A stretch of 63,484 nt of DNA, the filler included, from Octopus bimaculoides (taxonomy: Eukaryota): NCBI RefSeq assembly GCF_001194135.2. It is 9 parts of 8 records of this genome, joined end to end, with 100 filler letters (N's around TTAATTAATTAA, not from the genome) between each part and the next. Parts side by side here need not be neighbours in the genome. Positions count along the whole stretch, not along the records: positions 1 to 12,698 come from NC_069008.1; positions 12,799 to 19,083 come from NC_069006.1; positions 19,184 to 40,695 come from NC_068982.1; 6 more parts are not named here. One strand, given 5' to 3'. Below the pieces are notes generated by a model. The model was not told the origin of the DNA. It saw nothing but the letters and a program-made list of their open reading frames with translations, and made no database searches. The stretch's first letter is position 1; every line of letters starts with the position of its first letter. The translations under genes and the position numbers were made by a program. Of this stretch, positions 11,600 to 27,029 are shown one piece after another.

Positions 11600-11866
11600 A
11601 GTAGTTGTTGGTGTTACTGTTCCATTCGTGTTTTCAATCGAAGCTCCGTCTGTCTACTGTTAAGTGTGTCACTTCTGTAATCTAAGTGTCGTGTCAGTTC
11701 TATGTATCAATAGTCCTCCAACCTCTGTGCTATTAATCGAGCCTCCATGTTCTGCCTGAGCATGTTGGTAGAGCACTGATGAGCTTTTCCCTAATTTGAG
11801 CTCTCGTCAAAGTCCACCTGTACGTTCTCCTATGCTGCGCGCAGTCTCCCCTATGTAAGTAGTAGT
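11600..11866 (-). mobile_element. Penelope-like element remnant, GIY-YIG endonuclease C-terminus
   Basis: Minus translation TYIGETARSIGERTGGL*RELKLGKSSSVLYQHAQAEH, then after a frameshift ITEVTHL...K.EWNSN. These match the YIGET.R and terminal motifs of PLE endonucleases. Confidence 0.75.
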
Positions 11867-12085
11867 CATGTTTCCGACTCCAGTACACTTTCGACTCGAT
11901 GATTGTACCATGTGTTTCCAGCTTCAAATCCTCATTTCTCGCACAGTTTCCAGTGTAAAACATTTACAGCCTGGCTGTGCCACCATTTCTTATATTCTTC
12001 TTGTGTCAACTTGGGGCATTCTCTCATAGTGTGTGTCACTGTCGCGTTCCAAGTTCCACAGGCTCTTCATTTTTCTGATACATTC
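11867..12085 (-). mobile_element. Dong/R4-clade non-LTR retrotransposon remnant (CCHC region upstream of RLE)
   Basis: Minus translation ECPKLTQEEYKKWWHSQAVNVLHWKLCEK*GFEAGNTWYNHRVESVLESET, typical of the R4/Dong ECPKL.Q..YK..HD.V...HW.LC..WY.H motif. Confidence 0.75.
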
Positions 12086-12181
12086 TCTCCATATATATTT
12101 TTCTCAAGTTATTTGTTTTAATCGCTTGATCTTGGGCTGCTACAATTAGGCTCTGTGTTTCTTTTTTTTTTTAATTACCCC

Positions 12182-12343
<162 letters not shown>

Positions 12344-12544
12344 AAGGTTACGAGCTGGCAGAATCGTTACCACGCCGGACGAAATGCTTAGCCGTTATTT
12401 GGCCGTCGCTACGTTCTGAGTTCAAATTACGCCGAAGTCGGTTTTACTTTTCATCCTTTCGGGGTCAATGAGTTGAGTACTGGGTCGATATAATCGACTG
12501 CTCCATTCCCCAAATTTCAGGCTTTGTGCTTTTAATAGAAAGGA

Positions 12545-12614
<70 letters not shown>

Positions 12615-12798
12615 TATTATTATTATTTCTTTCTGCTTATTAAAAAACTGACAAAAGCTGATGATGTCATTCTATCAACGTATGGACGCTGATTACTCNN
12701 NNNNNNNNNNNNNNNNNNNNNNNNNNNNNNNNNNNNNNNNNNTTAATTAATTAANNNNNNNNNNNNNNNNNNNNNNNNNNNNNNNNNNNNNNNNNNNN

Positions 12799-12851
<53 letters not shown>

Positions 12852-13535
12852 CATACATACATACATACATACATACATACATACATACATACATACATAC
12901 ATACATAGATATACACATACATAGATATATATCTACGACGGGCTTCTTTTATTTTCCACCCACCAAATCCGCTCACAATGCTTGGGACGGCCCGAAACTA
13001 TAGTAGATGACACTTGCCCATGGTATCACGCAGTAGAACTGAACGCGGGAGCTTGCGGTTGGGAAGCCCGTTTCTTATCAAGCATCCACGCCTGCACGTA
13101 TGTATGTATATACCTTCTCTAGGGAGAAGTTATTCTCTAAGACAAAACTCTACAGTGAATCCCATTTCCATGTTCGAGGGTGCAAGAAAGTTTTAAACAG
13201 ATATACACAACATCGTTTTGACTCTCACTGCTTCGTTTGCGTATTCTGGTCAAACCCCAGCTGGGCATACCTTAGTATACATTAGGAAATGTTTTGTATG
13301 CTGATATCTATGTAAGAACAAAAGTTTCTAGTTATCTACAAAGAGTCGATGCGGAGTCTATCATTGACTAGGCGAAATTAAGTTAAGACACCGGTGACTA
13401 ATAGTCACTAGAAGCATACTGAGTTTTTACATACAAAATCTTTGGGAGAAGTTATTTTCTAAGACAAAATCTTGCAGTGTTTGCCATTTCCGCATTCGAG
13501 TGTGCCTGATTGTGCTATAAATAAATGTACATACC

Positions 13536-14598
<1,063 letters not shown>

Positions 14599-14618
14599 AA
14601 AACCTCTCGAACCTTATC

Positions 14619-14687
<69 letters not shown>

Positions 14688-14977
14688 GTAGATAGATTGC
14701 TAGAATCCTGAAGATACTTGTTCATTTGAACTTGATTAAACCACTCAAAAGAAAGAACTCAAAGTCCTTGGTCTGAATGTCAATATATTTTATTAAAAAA
14801 AAACAATGAATCCAATAAGATGTAATAAGATATATGCATGCATNNNNNNNNNNNNNNNNNNNNNNNNNNNNNNNNNNNNNNNNNNNNNNNNNNNNNNNNN
14901 NNNNNNNNNNNNNNNNNNNNNNNNNNNNNNNNNNNNNNNNNNNNNNNNNNNNNNNNNNNNNNNNNNNNNNNNNNNNN

Positions 14978-15027
<50 letters not shown>

Positions 15028-15648
15028 CAGTATTATACTTTTCATCGTCAGTTTTCTTTTGTCCATATTGTACTAAAGGTGTAATTCATTCTATAAGCAC
15101 TGAAATAAATAAATAAACGAAATAAATACAAACTGGAAACTCGTATCCACTCTTATACCCATATACACACTCGTGACTCTGCCATTTTATTACGGTTTTA
15201 GTCTTTTCATTTTTAGTGCGTTTTCGCAAGGAATGGCGCCTAGTTTCTGACGGTTTCAAAGTTATAATGGTATTTTATTGCGTTTCTGTTGAAGTGCGTC
15301 AGGAGAGGTATTAGCATAATCAAATAAACACCCAATTAGAGTTGAGTGAGTGAATATTACAGATACTGATTAAAAAATAGAGAGAGAAATAGGATAAGAT
15401 GGATAAAATAAGTAAATATATAAATAAAATAGGGTAACGAAATATGTGATTGTGGGTTTATAAATATGTGTACGTGTATGTGTGTTTGTGTTTTATGGGG
15501 AAGAATATGCATTTTGCTGCACTCTTTGTTTCCAATGAAACATGGTGACATACATATTTTAATAGACCATATTGACAGTGCATTTGATAAATATACATAC
15601 ATACAAACATACACACTCACACACACATACATACATACATGCATACAT

Positions 15649-15711
<63 letters not shown>

Positions 15712-16670
15712 NNNNNNNNNNNNNNNNNNNNNNNNNNNNNNNNNNNNNNNNNNNNNNNNNNNNNNNNNNNNNNNNNNNNNNNNNNNNNNNNNNNNNNNNN
15801 NNNNNNNNNNNNNNNNNNNNNNNNNNNNNNNNNNNNNNNNNNNNNNNNNNNNNNNNNNNNNNNNNNNNNNNNNNNNNNNNNNNNNNNNNNNNNNNNNNNN
15901 NNNNNNNNNNNNNNNNNNNNNNNNNNNNNNNNNNNNNNNNNNNNNNNNNNNNNNNNNNNNNNNNNNNNNNNNNNNNNNNNNNNNNNNNNNNNNNNNNNNN
16001 NNNNNNNNNNNNNNNNNNNNNNNNNNNNNNNNNNNNNNNNNNNNNNNNNNNNNNNNNNNNNNNNNNNNNNNNNNNNNNNNNNNNNNNNNNNNNNNNNNNN
16101 NNNNNNNNNNNNNNNNNNNNNNNNNNNNNNNNNNNNNNNNNNNNNNNNNNNNNNNNNNNNNNNNNNNNNNNNNNNNNNNNNNNNNNNNNNNNNNNNNNNN
16201 NNNNNNNNNNNNNNNNNNNNNNNNNNNNNNNNNNNNNNNNNNNNNNNNNNNNNNNNNNNNNNNNNNNNNNNNNNNNNNNNNNNNNNNNNNNNNNNNNNNN
16301 NNNNNNNNNNNNNNNNNNNNNNNNNNNNNNNNNNNNNNNNNNNNNNNNNNNNNNNNNNNNNNNNNNNNNNNNNNNNNNNNNNNNNNNNNNNNNNNNNNNN
16401 NNNNNNNNNNNNNNNNNNNNNNNNNNNNNNNNNNNNNNNNNNNNNNNNNNNNNNNNNNNNNNNNNNNNNNNNNNNNNNNNNNNNNNNNNNNNNNNNNNNN
16501 NNNNNNNNNNNNNNNNNNNNNNNNNNNNNNNNNNNNNNNNNNNNNNNNNNNNNNNNNNNNNNNNNNNNNNNNNNNNNNNNNNNNNNNNNNNNNNNNNNNN
16601 NNNNNNNNNNNNNNNNNNNNNNNNNNNNNNNNNNNNNNNNNNNNNNNNNNNNNNNNNNNNNNNNNNNNNN

Positions 16671-16890
16671 TGACCCTTTGAATTACAGGAACAACAGAAA
16701 CAGGAAGTAAGAGTGAGAGAAAGATGTGGTGAAAGAGTACAGCAGGGTTCGCCACCATCCCCTGCCGGAGCCTCGTGGAGTTTTAGGTGTTTTCGCTCAA
16801 TAAACACTCACAACACCCGGTTTGGGAATCGAAACCGCGATCCTATGACCGCGAGTCCGCTGCCCTAACCACTGGGCCATTGCGCCTCCA
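16671..16890 (-). mobile_element. tRNA-derived SINE, family C, 5' half
   Basis: Near-identical reverse complement of the first ~220 bp of the 10971 copy. Confidence 0.8.
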
Positions 16891-17945
16891 CTCAGCGCCA
16901 TTAAACGTGGGAAAACATGATACGCTTTTCACATTTTCTAACCGTGGAAACAATATCATAAAAATTGAAAATTTAATACTGTAGACTCGTACTCGTAGTT
17001 TTAAATGTAAAAAGTGTGTCATCTTCAATAGAATTTCTTAATTTGACGTAAATGTATATTTTAGCTAACATTTTAATTGCCAGCACCAGTACCCGGTACA
17101 CATTTAAGATATGGTACGGTAGGGTAAGGTATTAAGGTATTTTAAATGAGGAGGGTGGTCTATGCGGAAGGAAAAGTGGCTAAAGGTGGACGATGGTCGA
17201 AAAAGTTTGGCGACCCCAGTAATAGAGGAATAGCGTTTAAGCTTGCGACAATTGGAAATTTATTTAATGCAGCCGTTACAGATTGCATCAGTTCCATACA
17301 TTTCAGCTCTGTAAGGCATTACATAAACTTAGTAAACCAGGGATTCACCGAAGAATCGCATCAATGGTAATTAATTGGAATGGAGAAATCACCCAACAAT
17401 ATTATGGATTATTCTTCTGTTTGTTCTGTGTGATTCTATTTAGTCAATTTGTGGTGTTATGTACGAGCATTTGCCTCGTTTTTTATGAATCCTTTGGAGT
17501 AACACACACACACACACACACTCATTCACTAACACTCACACACACACTCACTCACACTCACAACACACACACTCACACTCACTCACTCACTTTCACACAC
17601 TCACTCACACTCAGACTCACATACATTCACTCACACTCACCTACTCACTCACACTCAAACACTCACTCAAACTCGCACCCACTCACACTCACACTCACAC
17701 TCACATTCACACACTCACACTCACATACACACTCACACTCACACACACTCACGCTCATACATATGTATACGGTATTTGTTGGCATAAAGGGCGCTCGGAT
17801 GTATTTGATTCACCCTAATTGCAGCAGCGCATATTCAGGAAAAAAACGAGCTTCATATATGACATCAAATACAGTATATGCATACACAAATACACACACA
17901 GACACACACATATACACACATACACGCGCGCGCGCCTACATACAC

Positions 17946-17993
<48 letters not shown>

Positions 17994-18117
17994 GTGTGTG
18001 TGGATAGATAGATCTGGATAGTGATATAGATATAGGTTAATAGATATCTACATATATATACATATAAAGGCGGTGCTCCAGCATGACCGCAGTCAAATGA
18101 CTGAAACAAGTAAAAGA

Positions 18118-18153
<36 letters not shown>

Positions 18154-18249
18154 TCATACATAGATTCATACCATACATACATGTATACAATATATATATA
18201 TATATATACATATATGCATATACATGTACACACACATACACATATATAC

Positions 18250-18282
<33 letters not shown>

Positions 18283-19029
18283 TATACATACATTTAGATA
18301 AACGTATATATACATATATATACATACATATATATATATACATTTGGCAAAAAAATGACTATATATATATATATATATATATTTCAAGAAAACTGAATAA
18401 TGACATACATACATGTATATACACATACATATACATATATATATACATATACCTTCATATAAGTATGCATAGACAGAGGGCAAAACGATATTCTCTGCTG
18501 GCACACTCTAAACCAATTTCGCAACTATTATAGCCACTAATAAGTACCGAGGGGGAATGGAAAACAAAAACAGAAAACAAACATAGATATTTAATCCAAT
18601 TTTCTTCTATTTGCAAATATCTATTGACCCATTACAAAATGGATGACCTGGGTAGAAATTAAGGAAGTACAAGGAAAGAAGAAGAAATAGTAAAAAAATA
18701 TACATAGGCACAACAAAGACGAGAACAAAAATCAGATCATTTGAAATGCTTCGATCCTATCGGTTATTTTTCTTTCTCTCTCGCTCTCTGTCTCTCCGCC
18801 TCTGTCTGTTGGTCTGTCTGTCTGTCTCTCTCATTCTCTCCCTCTCTCTCTCTCTATCTCCATCTCTTTCACTCCTTTATCTTCTTCCTGAAATATATTG
18901 CATTTGTATTTTTTACTCAAAGTCAAGTTCTGTAAAATGCAATTAATGTATGCATGTATACATATGTGTGCGTATATATATATGTATATACATATATATA
19001 TACATACATATATATTGCCTGAGTGTGTG

Positions 19030-19083
<54 letters not shown>

Positions 19084-19183
19084 NNNNNNNNNNNNNNNNN
19101 NNNNNNNNNNNNNNNNNNNNNNNNNNNTTAATTAATTAANNNNNNNNNNNNNNNNNNNNNNNNNNNNNNNNNNNNNNNNNNNN

Positions 19184-19215
<32 letters not shown>

Positions 19216-21415
19216 TAATTATATACATAATTATAACAAGGGATTGGCTATAAGCCTCTCAATGCGATGAAAAATAGAGGCCAAAAGACGCTATTACCAC
19301 CTAAAGAACTCCGAGAATAAAACACTGGGCTGTAGTCGGGCAAAAGAAAGATGATGGATTAAACTTTTGGTTAACTGTGTACAAGACCCTATTTCAAGCT
19401 TAAAGTAAAACAAAAATTATCACTTAGTGCTCTCATCGGCAACGATATTCCATAGTATAAATTTACAAGTATCTACACATACATATACGAGTAGTGACAT
19501 CGTACAACAAATATTTATACACACTCGTAGAAATATACAGTAAAGTAGAATTCACATCGCTCTTTGCAACCACGTGTAGTATATTAAAACATACACTACA
19601 GTGAATGCAGTTTTGATCAAGGGATAACTTTTTCACATATTAATTATAATAAAGGGTCAGCACGGAAATATAATCTTTATACGTAAATTTTACAAATATT
19701 TTAATAATTATATACTTAACTAGCAGCTAGTTGAGCCGGTCAGAGAACGACGCGAAGAGAGAAACGAAGACATAAAAAAGAGGAAGAAGTGGATACGAAG
19801 TGGTGTTTGGGCGACGGATCTTGGTAGAAAAAAAAGAATGTTATGGTGAGTTAGTAAGGAGAGCAAAGCAAGCAAATAGAAAGACCATGGGGACAGCCAA
19901 CGTACAGTTGTGCGTGTGAGAATACTTGCTCTGTCAGATTCAAACCAACCGCTTGCACTGACTGTCCCTAAGCCTTGTTGTTTGTCATGGGAAAGCAGAG
20001 TTTAATTCAACAGCATATTAAAAGATAACTTTATTAAATACATAATTTAAAAAAATAAAGTATACGAAAGTAAATTCAACCACGCTGGAATTTGAACTCA
20101 GAACGAAAAGTCAAACAAAATACCACGAAGAATTTCGCCCAGGGAGCTGGGGCTGGAGCTGGAGCTTCTGCCAACTTACCGCATATAAGTGTAAAAATTC
20201 ATTTTAGTAATATCTTCTTATCTTAACATTATTGCTTGGAGCGTTACTTACTTCCTCACGTACTGACATGATATTTCATGACATTTCACCTCAACTTTTT
20301 TCTACTAATTTTTCTTCAATGCGAGTAACGATTCTGAATTCCTCATGCATTATTCTATCATTTAAGCCTAAGAAAAGTATATTTTTATTTTAAAATAAAA
20401 GCCTTTATGTTAATTTAACATGAATAGGTGCCATACTGCCCCCTTTAGACCTCGCATATTTTGATGTAACCTTTTTTCTACTGAACCAAATTTCAAGCTA
20501 TTTATGCCAAGTGTAGCTGAGGTGGTGTCCTTTTTAAAACTGATAACAGTTTGAAATTTAGCTGAGAGCTGAATTAGCGGTGAAGCTTGGAACCTGCTAC
20601 GATTGACGAAATGGTGGACTTAAGAATATATTCAACCACTAGNNNNNNNNNNATATATATATATATATATATATATATACGACGGGCTTCTTTGAATTTC
20701 CGTCAACCAAATCCACTCACGAGGCCTTGGTCGGCCCGAGGCTATAGCAGAAGACACTTGCCTAATGTGCCACACAGTGGAACTGAACCCGGACCCATGT
20801 GATTGGGAAGCAAGCTTTTTACTACACAGGCACTCCTGCGCTTATCCACAAAATAATTTTTTTAAATTTTCCTATGAAAACATTCTATGTTGAACTTTTA
20901 CACAAACATGTAAATACTTATGGATCAAATTAATTTTTAAAATAACTATAAATTTTCAATTCATGATATGATTAAATTTGGTGATAGGATTTTTAACAAT
21001 GAGAAAAGTATGTGTGAATTCTGGTAAATGGTTTTGTTAGTAGAGTAAATAATATAATAATTCTAGTAACATAACTTATGCACGTGAAATTGTATTTATA
21101 TTTATTTTAATGTAGAAACAAGAAGGATTTAAGTAATTCATATAATAAAATAAATTTTGTTTGTGAATTTATGAGATAAATATCTTGTGTTCCTTCATAA
21201 ATATCCTGTGTTCCTACTTTTAAATTTAAAATTATAAATGCATATGTTGCTTCTAAATTGTTTCCAATCAATTCTGGAAAAAAGAATGGAGTGAGAATTG
21301 AATATATTGTTTGAATGTTGTGGGATAGGTAAGAGGCAATTGCTATATGGTTGGATATAAAATTAGATTCAATGCATAAAATATAAATTATTTAAAAGCA
21401 AGCTGCGAGGAAAAT

Positions 21416-21448
<33 letters not shown>

Positions 21449-22218
21449 AGTGGAAGAGAAAAAAATTAAGCTGAAATATACCTGACGTTAGGGAGTAATG
21501 ATAAGGATATCTATTCGGTAACAGAATGTAAGATGTGAAAAAAAATGTGTGAATAATATGTTATCGGGTAGAGGTGGTTGCATTTAGATATATAGTTATT
21601 ACAAATATTTTGTTTAGAAAATATATTTATTAAGGTTATACAGGTAATCGTACAAACATACAATTACAAATATTATATACGTGAAGAAAACTATATACAT
21701 ATATATATCTGTATATATATGTGTGTGTGTGTGCGCCCGCGCGTGCGTGTGTTTGAGCTTGTAAATGTGTGTGCATATATCCTTAAGACGGAAAACGTTT
21801 TGAATATGCATATATCAGCTCGAATGCATGAACATGATCTACCCAATGCTGGATACTGCGGACTGCACTGTAATCATTCCAGGAATACGGACTATAATCT
21901 TCAAGATCACGCGTGCGCGCGTGTGTAAATATGTATGTATGTATGTATGCATGTATGTAAGTACGTATGTATGAATGAATGTATACATGTATGTATATAC
22001 ACAAAAATATATACGCTGATACATGCTCTATTGATACATATATTTTTACACATGACCCCACGCTTGCATGTATCATGTGCATGAGAATGTGCGTTGATGT
22101 GCTTGCACGAATATGTGTAATATTTGTTTGATACGTACAGAAAGTTATGATTGAGGAGAAAATTTGTTAAGACACGGTGTTCCCTAATTGATCGAGCCAT
22201 CCATACATATATGCACAA

Positions 22219-22254
<36 letters not shown>

Positions 22255-22263
22255 TTATACCGT

Positions 22264-22446
22264 ATTGTTAAAGCAGAAAAAACATCACAAAAATATCACA
22301 TTAAAACTGCTACTTTGGGTTTCACGTTTCCATCGGACAGTTGTGATTAAGAATCTTAATTGCAGTTGTCCGACGAACGAGAACGTGAAACTCTGCGTAG
22401 AAGTTTTTTTCTGATATTTCTGTGATGTTTTTTCAGCTTTAATAAT
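22264..22446. mobile_element. Foldback MITE-like element
   Basis: The whole ~183 bp is an imperfect hairpin: ttaaagcagaaaaaacatcacaaaaatatca pairs with tgatatttctgtgatgttttttcagctttaa, gtttcacgtt pairs with aacgtgaaac, and the centre is attaag-aat-cttaat. Confidence 0.7.
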
Positions 22447-22894
22447 AAAGCATATTACTCTACCTCCGGTATTCGAGTACTATTTCTTCGCACTTTGTTC
22501 CACATTTATGTTCTTACTGTGCTATACATATGTGTGTGTCTTTGTGTGTGTTCTTCTGTGTGTGTGTGTGTGTGTGTCTGTGTGTGTGTGTGTGTATGTA
22601 TGTATATATACGGTCGAAGAGTTGTAAATCGAAGTTTCTTTTCTTCGTTTTATATTTTTTATCACTCTTTGTCTTATTACAACACTTTTTGTGTCATTCT
22701 TCTTAAGTTTCATTGTGTATTTGTGGGGAATTTCTAGTGATAAGCTCCTGAGCTAACCATGTACTTGGAGCCAGGAGATTGTTTGGAGACACAAGGCACG
22801 TTATAAAACTTCTCTAGCAACTTGTCTAATAGCGAAAAACTGCTAGTGCTTCTTTTTGTAATACAGTGTACCATAAATTATATATATATATATA

Positions 22895-22947
<53 letters not shown>

Positions 22948-25165
22948 NNNNNNNNNNNNNNNNNNNNNNNNNNNNNNNNNNNNNNNNNNNNNNNNNNNNN
23001 NNNNNNNNNNNNNNNNNNNNNNNNNNNNNNNNNNNNNNNNNNNNNNNNNNNNNNNNNNNNNNNNNNNNNNNNNNNNNNNNNNNNTATATATATACATATA
23101 TATATATATACAGTTAATTTTACGCAGACGTTTTTACGTACGCACGCACACACATACATATGTAGTAGGAATATATGTTCAGTATGAAGTATTGATATGG
23201 CTGCGTGTATATTATTACAAGAATTCTTACAGAGAAGAAGAAGAAATTTAAGAACTATATATTTACTACATAAAAAATATATTTTATTTAATGGTCAACG
23301 ATGAAACATAATCAAAATGTATAATCTAGTTGAATGACATAATCTATGCAAGAAAGTTCAGAGATAGAAAATCTAGAAATAAAAGCTAAGTGGTGGTTTT
23401 CAGTCATGTGGCGTAGAGAAATAGACAGACATAGCATCGACGTGAAAGGCTTTGAGTCTAATCGACTAAGAAGGAAAGACAATGGTTACTTCTCATGACA
23501 CAGATGCTTCGAGAAACTTAGTAAAGGGAGGTTACTCTATAAACCTTCTTGCAAAAGAAATCATTCAACTATTTAGCCACAAACTACTACACATACATAC
23601 ACGTACACACACACATGCACACATACATGCATACATACACAGAGAGAGAGATAGAGAACGAGGAGATAGAGATATGCGTGCATGTGCGTACGGATACAAA
23701 ATCCAATAATCCTCGTAAAATATAAATACTGAAAATCTCCAATGTCATACAAAATTTAACCCAGAAAGGAAAATCATACTTTTCACATTGACTTGATAGA
23801 ACTTGAAAACAAAAGAGTAGGAGTTAGATTATTAATCGACTGCAGATTTGGGCATTTACTTTCTGCACAGTTCACAAAAGTAAAATAAAATATTAATGAC
23901 CATAACAAATGTTCTTCAAGCCGAAGGCTAACACAACCCTATAAGTTTGAAATCAGAAGAAAAGACAGGAAATTTATGATAAATTAATCAAACCCATAAA
24001 AACGTAGTTGCATGGAATAATATTAACTCTAACGTGAAATGGGTCATTGGCATCAACAACGGAAGGTTATTCAAATTCATACAATTTAGTATTATAATGT
24101 TCTGTTGCTTACTTCATCTAACTTCTATTGCATACTTAACTTTTTTATTAAATTGCCATCGCAACTCAATGCTAAAATCATTAAACCGGAAATTATGACC
24201 ATGTTCCATGAAATAATTGCGATGTTTGATTTCATTTGACGCGAATGGACGTATGAATGGACCTATCCCACACAATTCAATGTTTCAACAAAAGTCTGTG
24301 AAATTATAGTCCTCTGTAATATACAGTGTCATTTTCGTCCTCATAACAGTCTTAAAAAATCGAGAAATATTTATGGCAGTGAAGTAGAAAATATTTGAAA
24401 AACACATAAATTCCTTAAACGAGATGACCTAACGATAATAATATAAACAAATATCAACAGAGTTCAAATGCTCATTATATTATTAAATCAACAGAGTAAC
24501 AGCTAGCACTACTTCAGAAGCCCCAACCAATGTCTGATATTCAGTAAATAAATCTCTTACCACCACTCATCATTTATTAAATCCTGTCAATTCTATTCCA
24601 CAATAAAGAATCTGACATTTATTTGTTCAATTTTCTACTATGGCTTTTCTTTTAAGTCGTTTGAATTATGGGGACTATTACACAATAAACAGTAATCATA
24701 TATCTAATCCTCGTAGACACTGTACACGCGGAATCCCAGAGTATACACACATTTAATATCAGCAATTATACATACTTCTCTAGTAATAAGTTAGCCTTAT
24801 TTAAAAAAACATTGACAACAACACATTACAGCCACGTCACATTCATTTAAATCACTAATCGAAACTTACTATCACAAATAAAATAGGTCAACACTAAATG
24901 TCTCTCACACATCAGCAGCCCCATCTTTCATCTCGCATTCAACAGCATTAATCTTACGACTAACTCTATATCTGGACTCATCATCACAAAACCTTTAGTG
25001 TACTGTGTGGCCTAAAATGCCCCCAACGATAACACTACGTCCAGATCGTTTAACCGAAAAATGTTTCCAATCCTGTTTACTGACAAAATTACGTGGCAAA
25101 TTAAATTTAAACGTTGAAGTGAATCTAACGGTTTTTGTGTGTTTTTATAACACCTTCCACGCTGC

Positions 25166-25199
<34 letters not shown>

Positions 25200-25447
25200 N
25201 NNNNNNNNNNNNNNNNNNNNNNNNNNNNNNNNNNNNNNNNNNNNNNNNNNNNNNNNNNNNNNNNNNNNNNNNNNNNNNNNNNNNNNNNNNNNNNNNNNNN
25301 NNNNNNNNNNNNNNNNNNNNNNNNNNNNNNNNNNNNNNNNNNNNNNNNNNNNNNNNNNNNNNNNNNNNNNNNNNNNNNNNNNNNNNNNNNNNNNNNNNNN
25401 NNNNNNNNNNNNNNNNNNNNNNNNNNNNNNNNNNNNNNNNNNNNNNN

Positions 25448-25498
<51 letters not shown>

Positions 25499-26690
25499 TT
25501 ACACATATACATACACATATGCATACGTATATACATATAGCAATCATCAAATACATTCATATACATACACACATACATTTATTTGTATATATATGTCTGT
25601 ACATAGATATATTTTGGGGCAGTCCAATATATATATACATATGCACGTGGGGTGGGAAAGAGGAAGGGGGTTGGGGGAACCTTAGTTATAATTATTATAA
25701 TTTTTATACAATGTCCCATCCTGAAAATTATATTTTGCGTGGTGGTGCGACCTTGTAATTTTCTCTTCATGCTTGTTTACCAGGTTCTCATTACTCAGCA
25801 GTATACTCAATGCTTCCTCAAGGCAAAGGTAACATTTGCCGGATAGCGAATTACATGGGTGTACTTTTTTTTATTATTAAACATTTCATTTTTATTATTG
25901 ACCATTTCATGTGGTATCTAATTTAGCTCCTATAACACACTCTACTCATTAGAAGTTGCAATGCAATAGGTAAGCTAATTCATTTCACTCCACAAAAAAC
26001 CTCTTTACCGCACGAAACAGTTAAAATCGAGATCATAAATTCTCTTATTCAACCATCCAGAATTCTGTCTCAAACTATGAAGACTTTAATATCTTCAAGC
26101 TTGCATATCATAGGCCTGCAATTTTTGTAAAGACTAGGTAATACCGCTCTTGCACAAGTCCAAGATTAGAGAAAGGTTTGTTTGTAGAAATCTTTCGATA
26201 ATGACGTGTAGGGAAAAATCACGGCGATCGATTACATCGATATGAAGTCAAGCCATTCTAAATGAAGCTACTGACACTTTAAGAAAATCACCAGATCCAT
26301 CCAAGCAGCACAAGCTTCGTATAACTGGGAATTAAAGTATAATGTTATTCCTTTTCAGCTAAGTTATAAGATCTTAACAAATGCTCATTCAATTCGAGAA
26401 AGAAACAAAAGAAAGAAACGTGCGACATGTTCACCACAGGAAACCTAGAAGTCTTTTCTACAGACTTTCTTGGGACAAACACTTCTGAATATTATTCATA
26501 GTGCATGAAGAATATATCTAAAATATTCAAAAAGTTTATATTTATCTATTACTGAAATTGCTAATTAATGATTAATACTATCTTCCTTCTATTGTATACA
26601 TGTCTGGATCTATTATACTGTTTGATGGATATGAATGCAAACAGATACACTTACAGATAGAGAGGTACATAGATAATATGGAGAGACAAG

Positions 26691-26721
<31 letters not shown>

Positions 26722-26998
26722 TTCACACAAGGAAACATATGGATACGCACATCTATACATAACAGACGCACGTACATAGTCGGAAAAACCCATATACAGA
26801 CACACTCAGACATGCACACACACAGACAGAGGTACACACATACACAGAAATACACACATAAAAACATACAAACACTAATACACAAACACATGAATATGCA
26901 TACATGCATACACATACATACTTACATATATACATACATACTTACATACATACGAACGTACTTACATACATACATGCATACATACGTACATACATACA

Positions 26999-27029
<31 letters not shown>

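Noticed and set aside
11776-11810. Hammerhead at CTGATGAG
   Set aside because: No GAAA follows the possible stem II, and it lies antisense within the Penelope coding remnant.
12743-12754. Recurrent TTAATTAATTAA as a biological motif or CRISPR-like repeat
   Set aside because: It is always centred in exactly 44+44 Ns and is an artificial six-frame-stop spacer.
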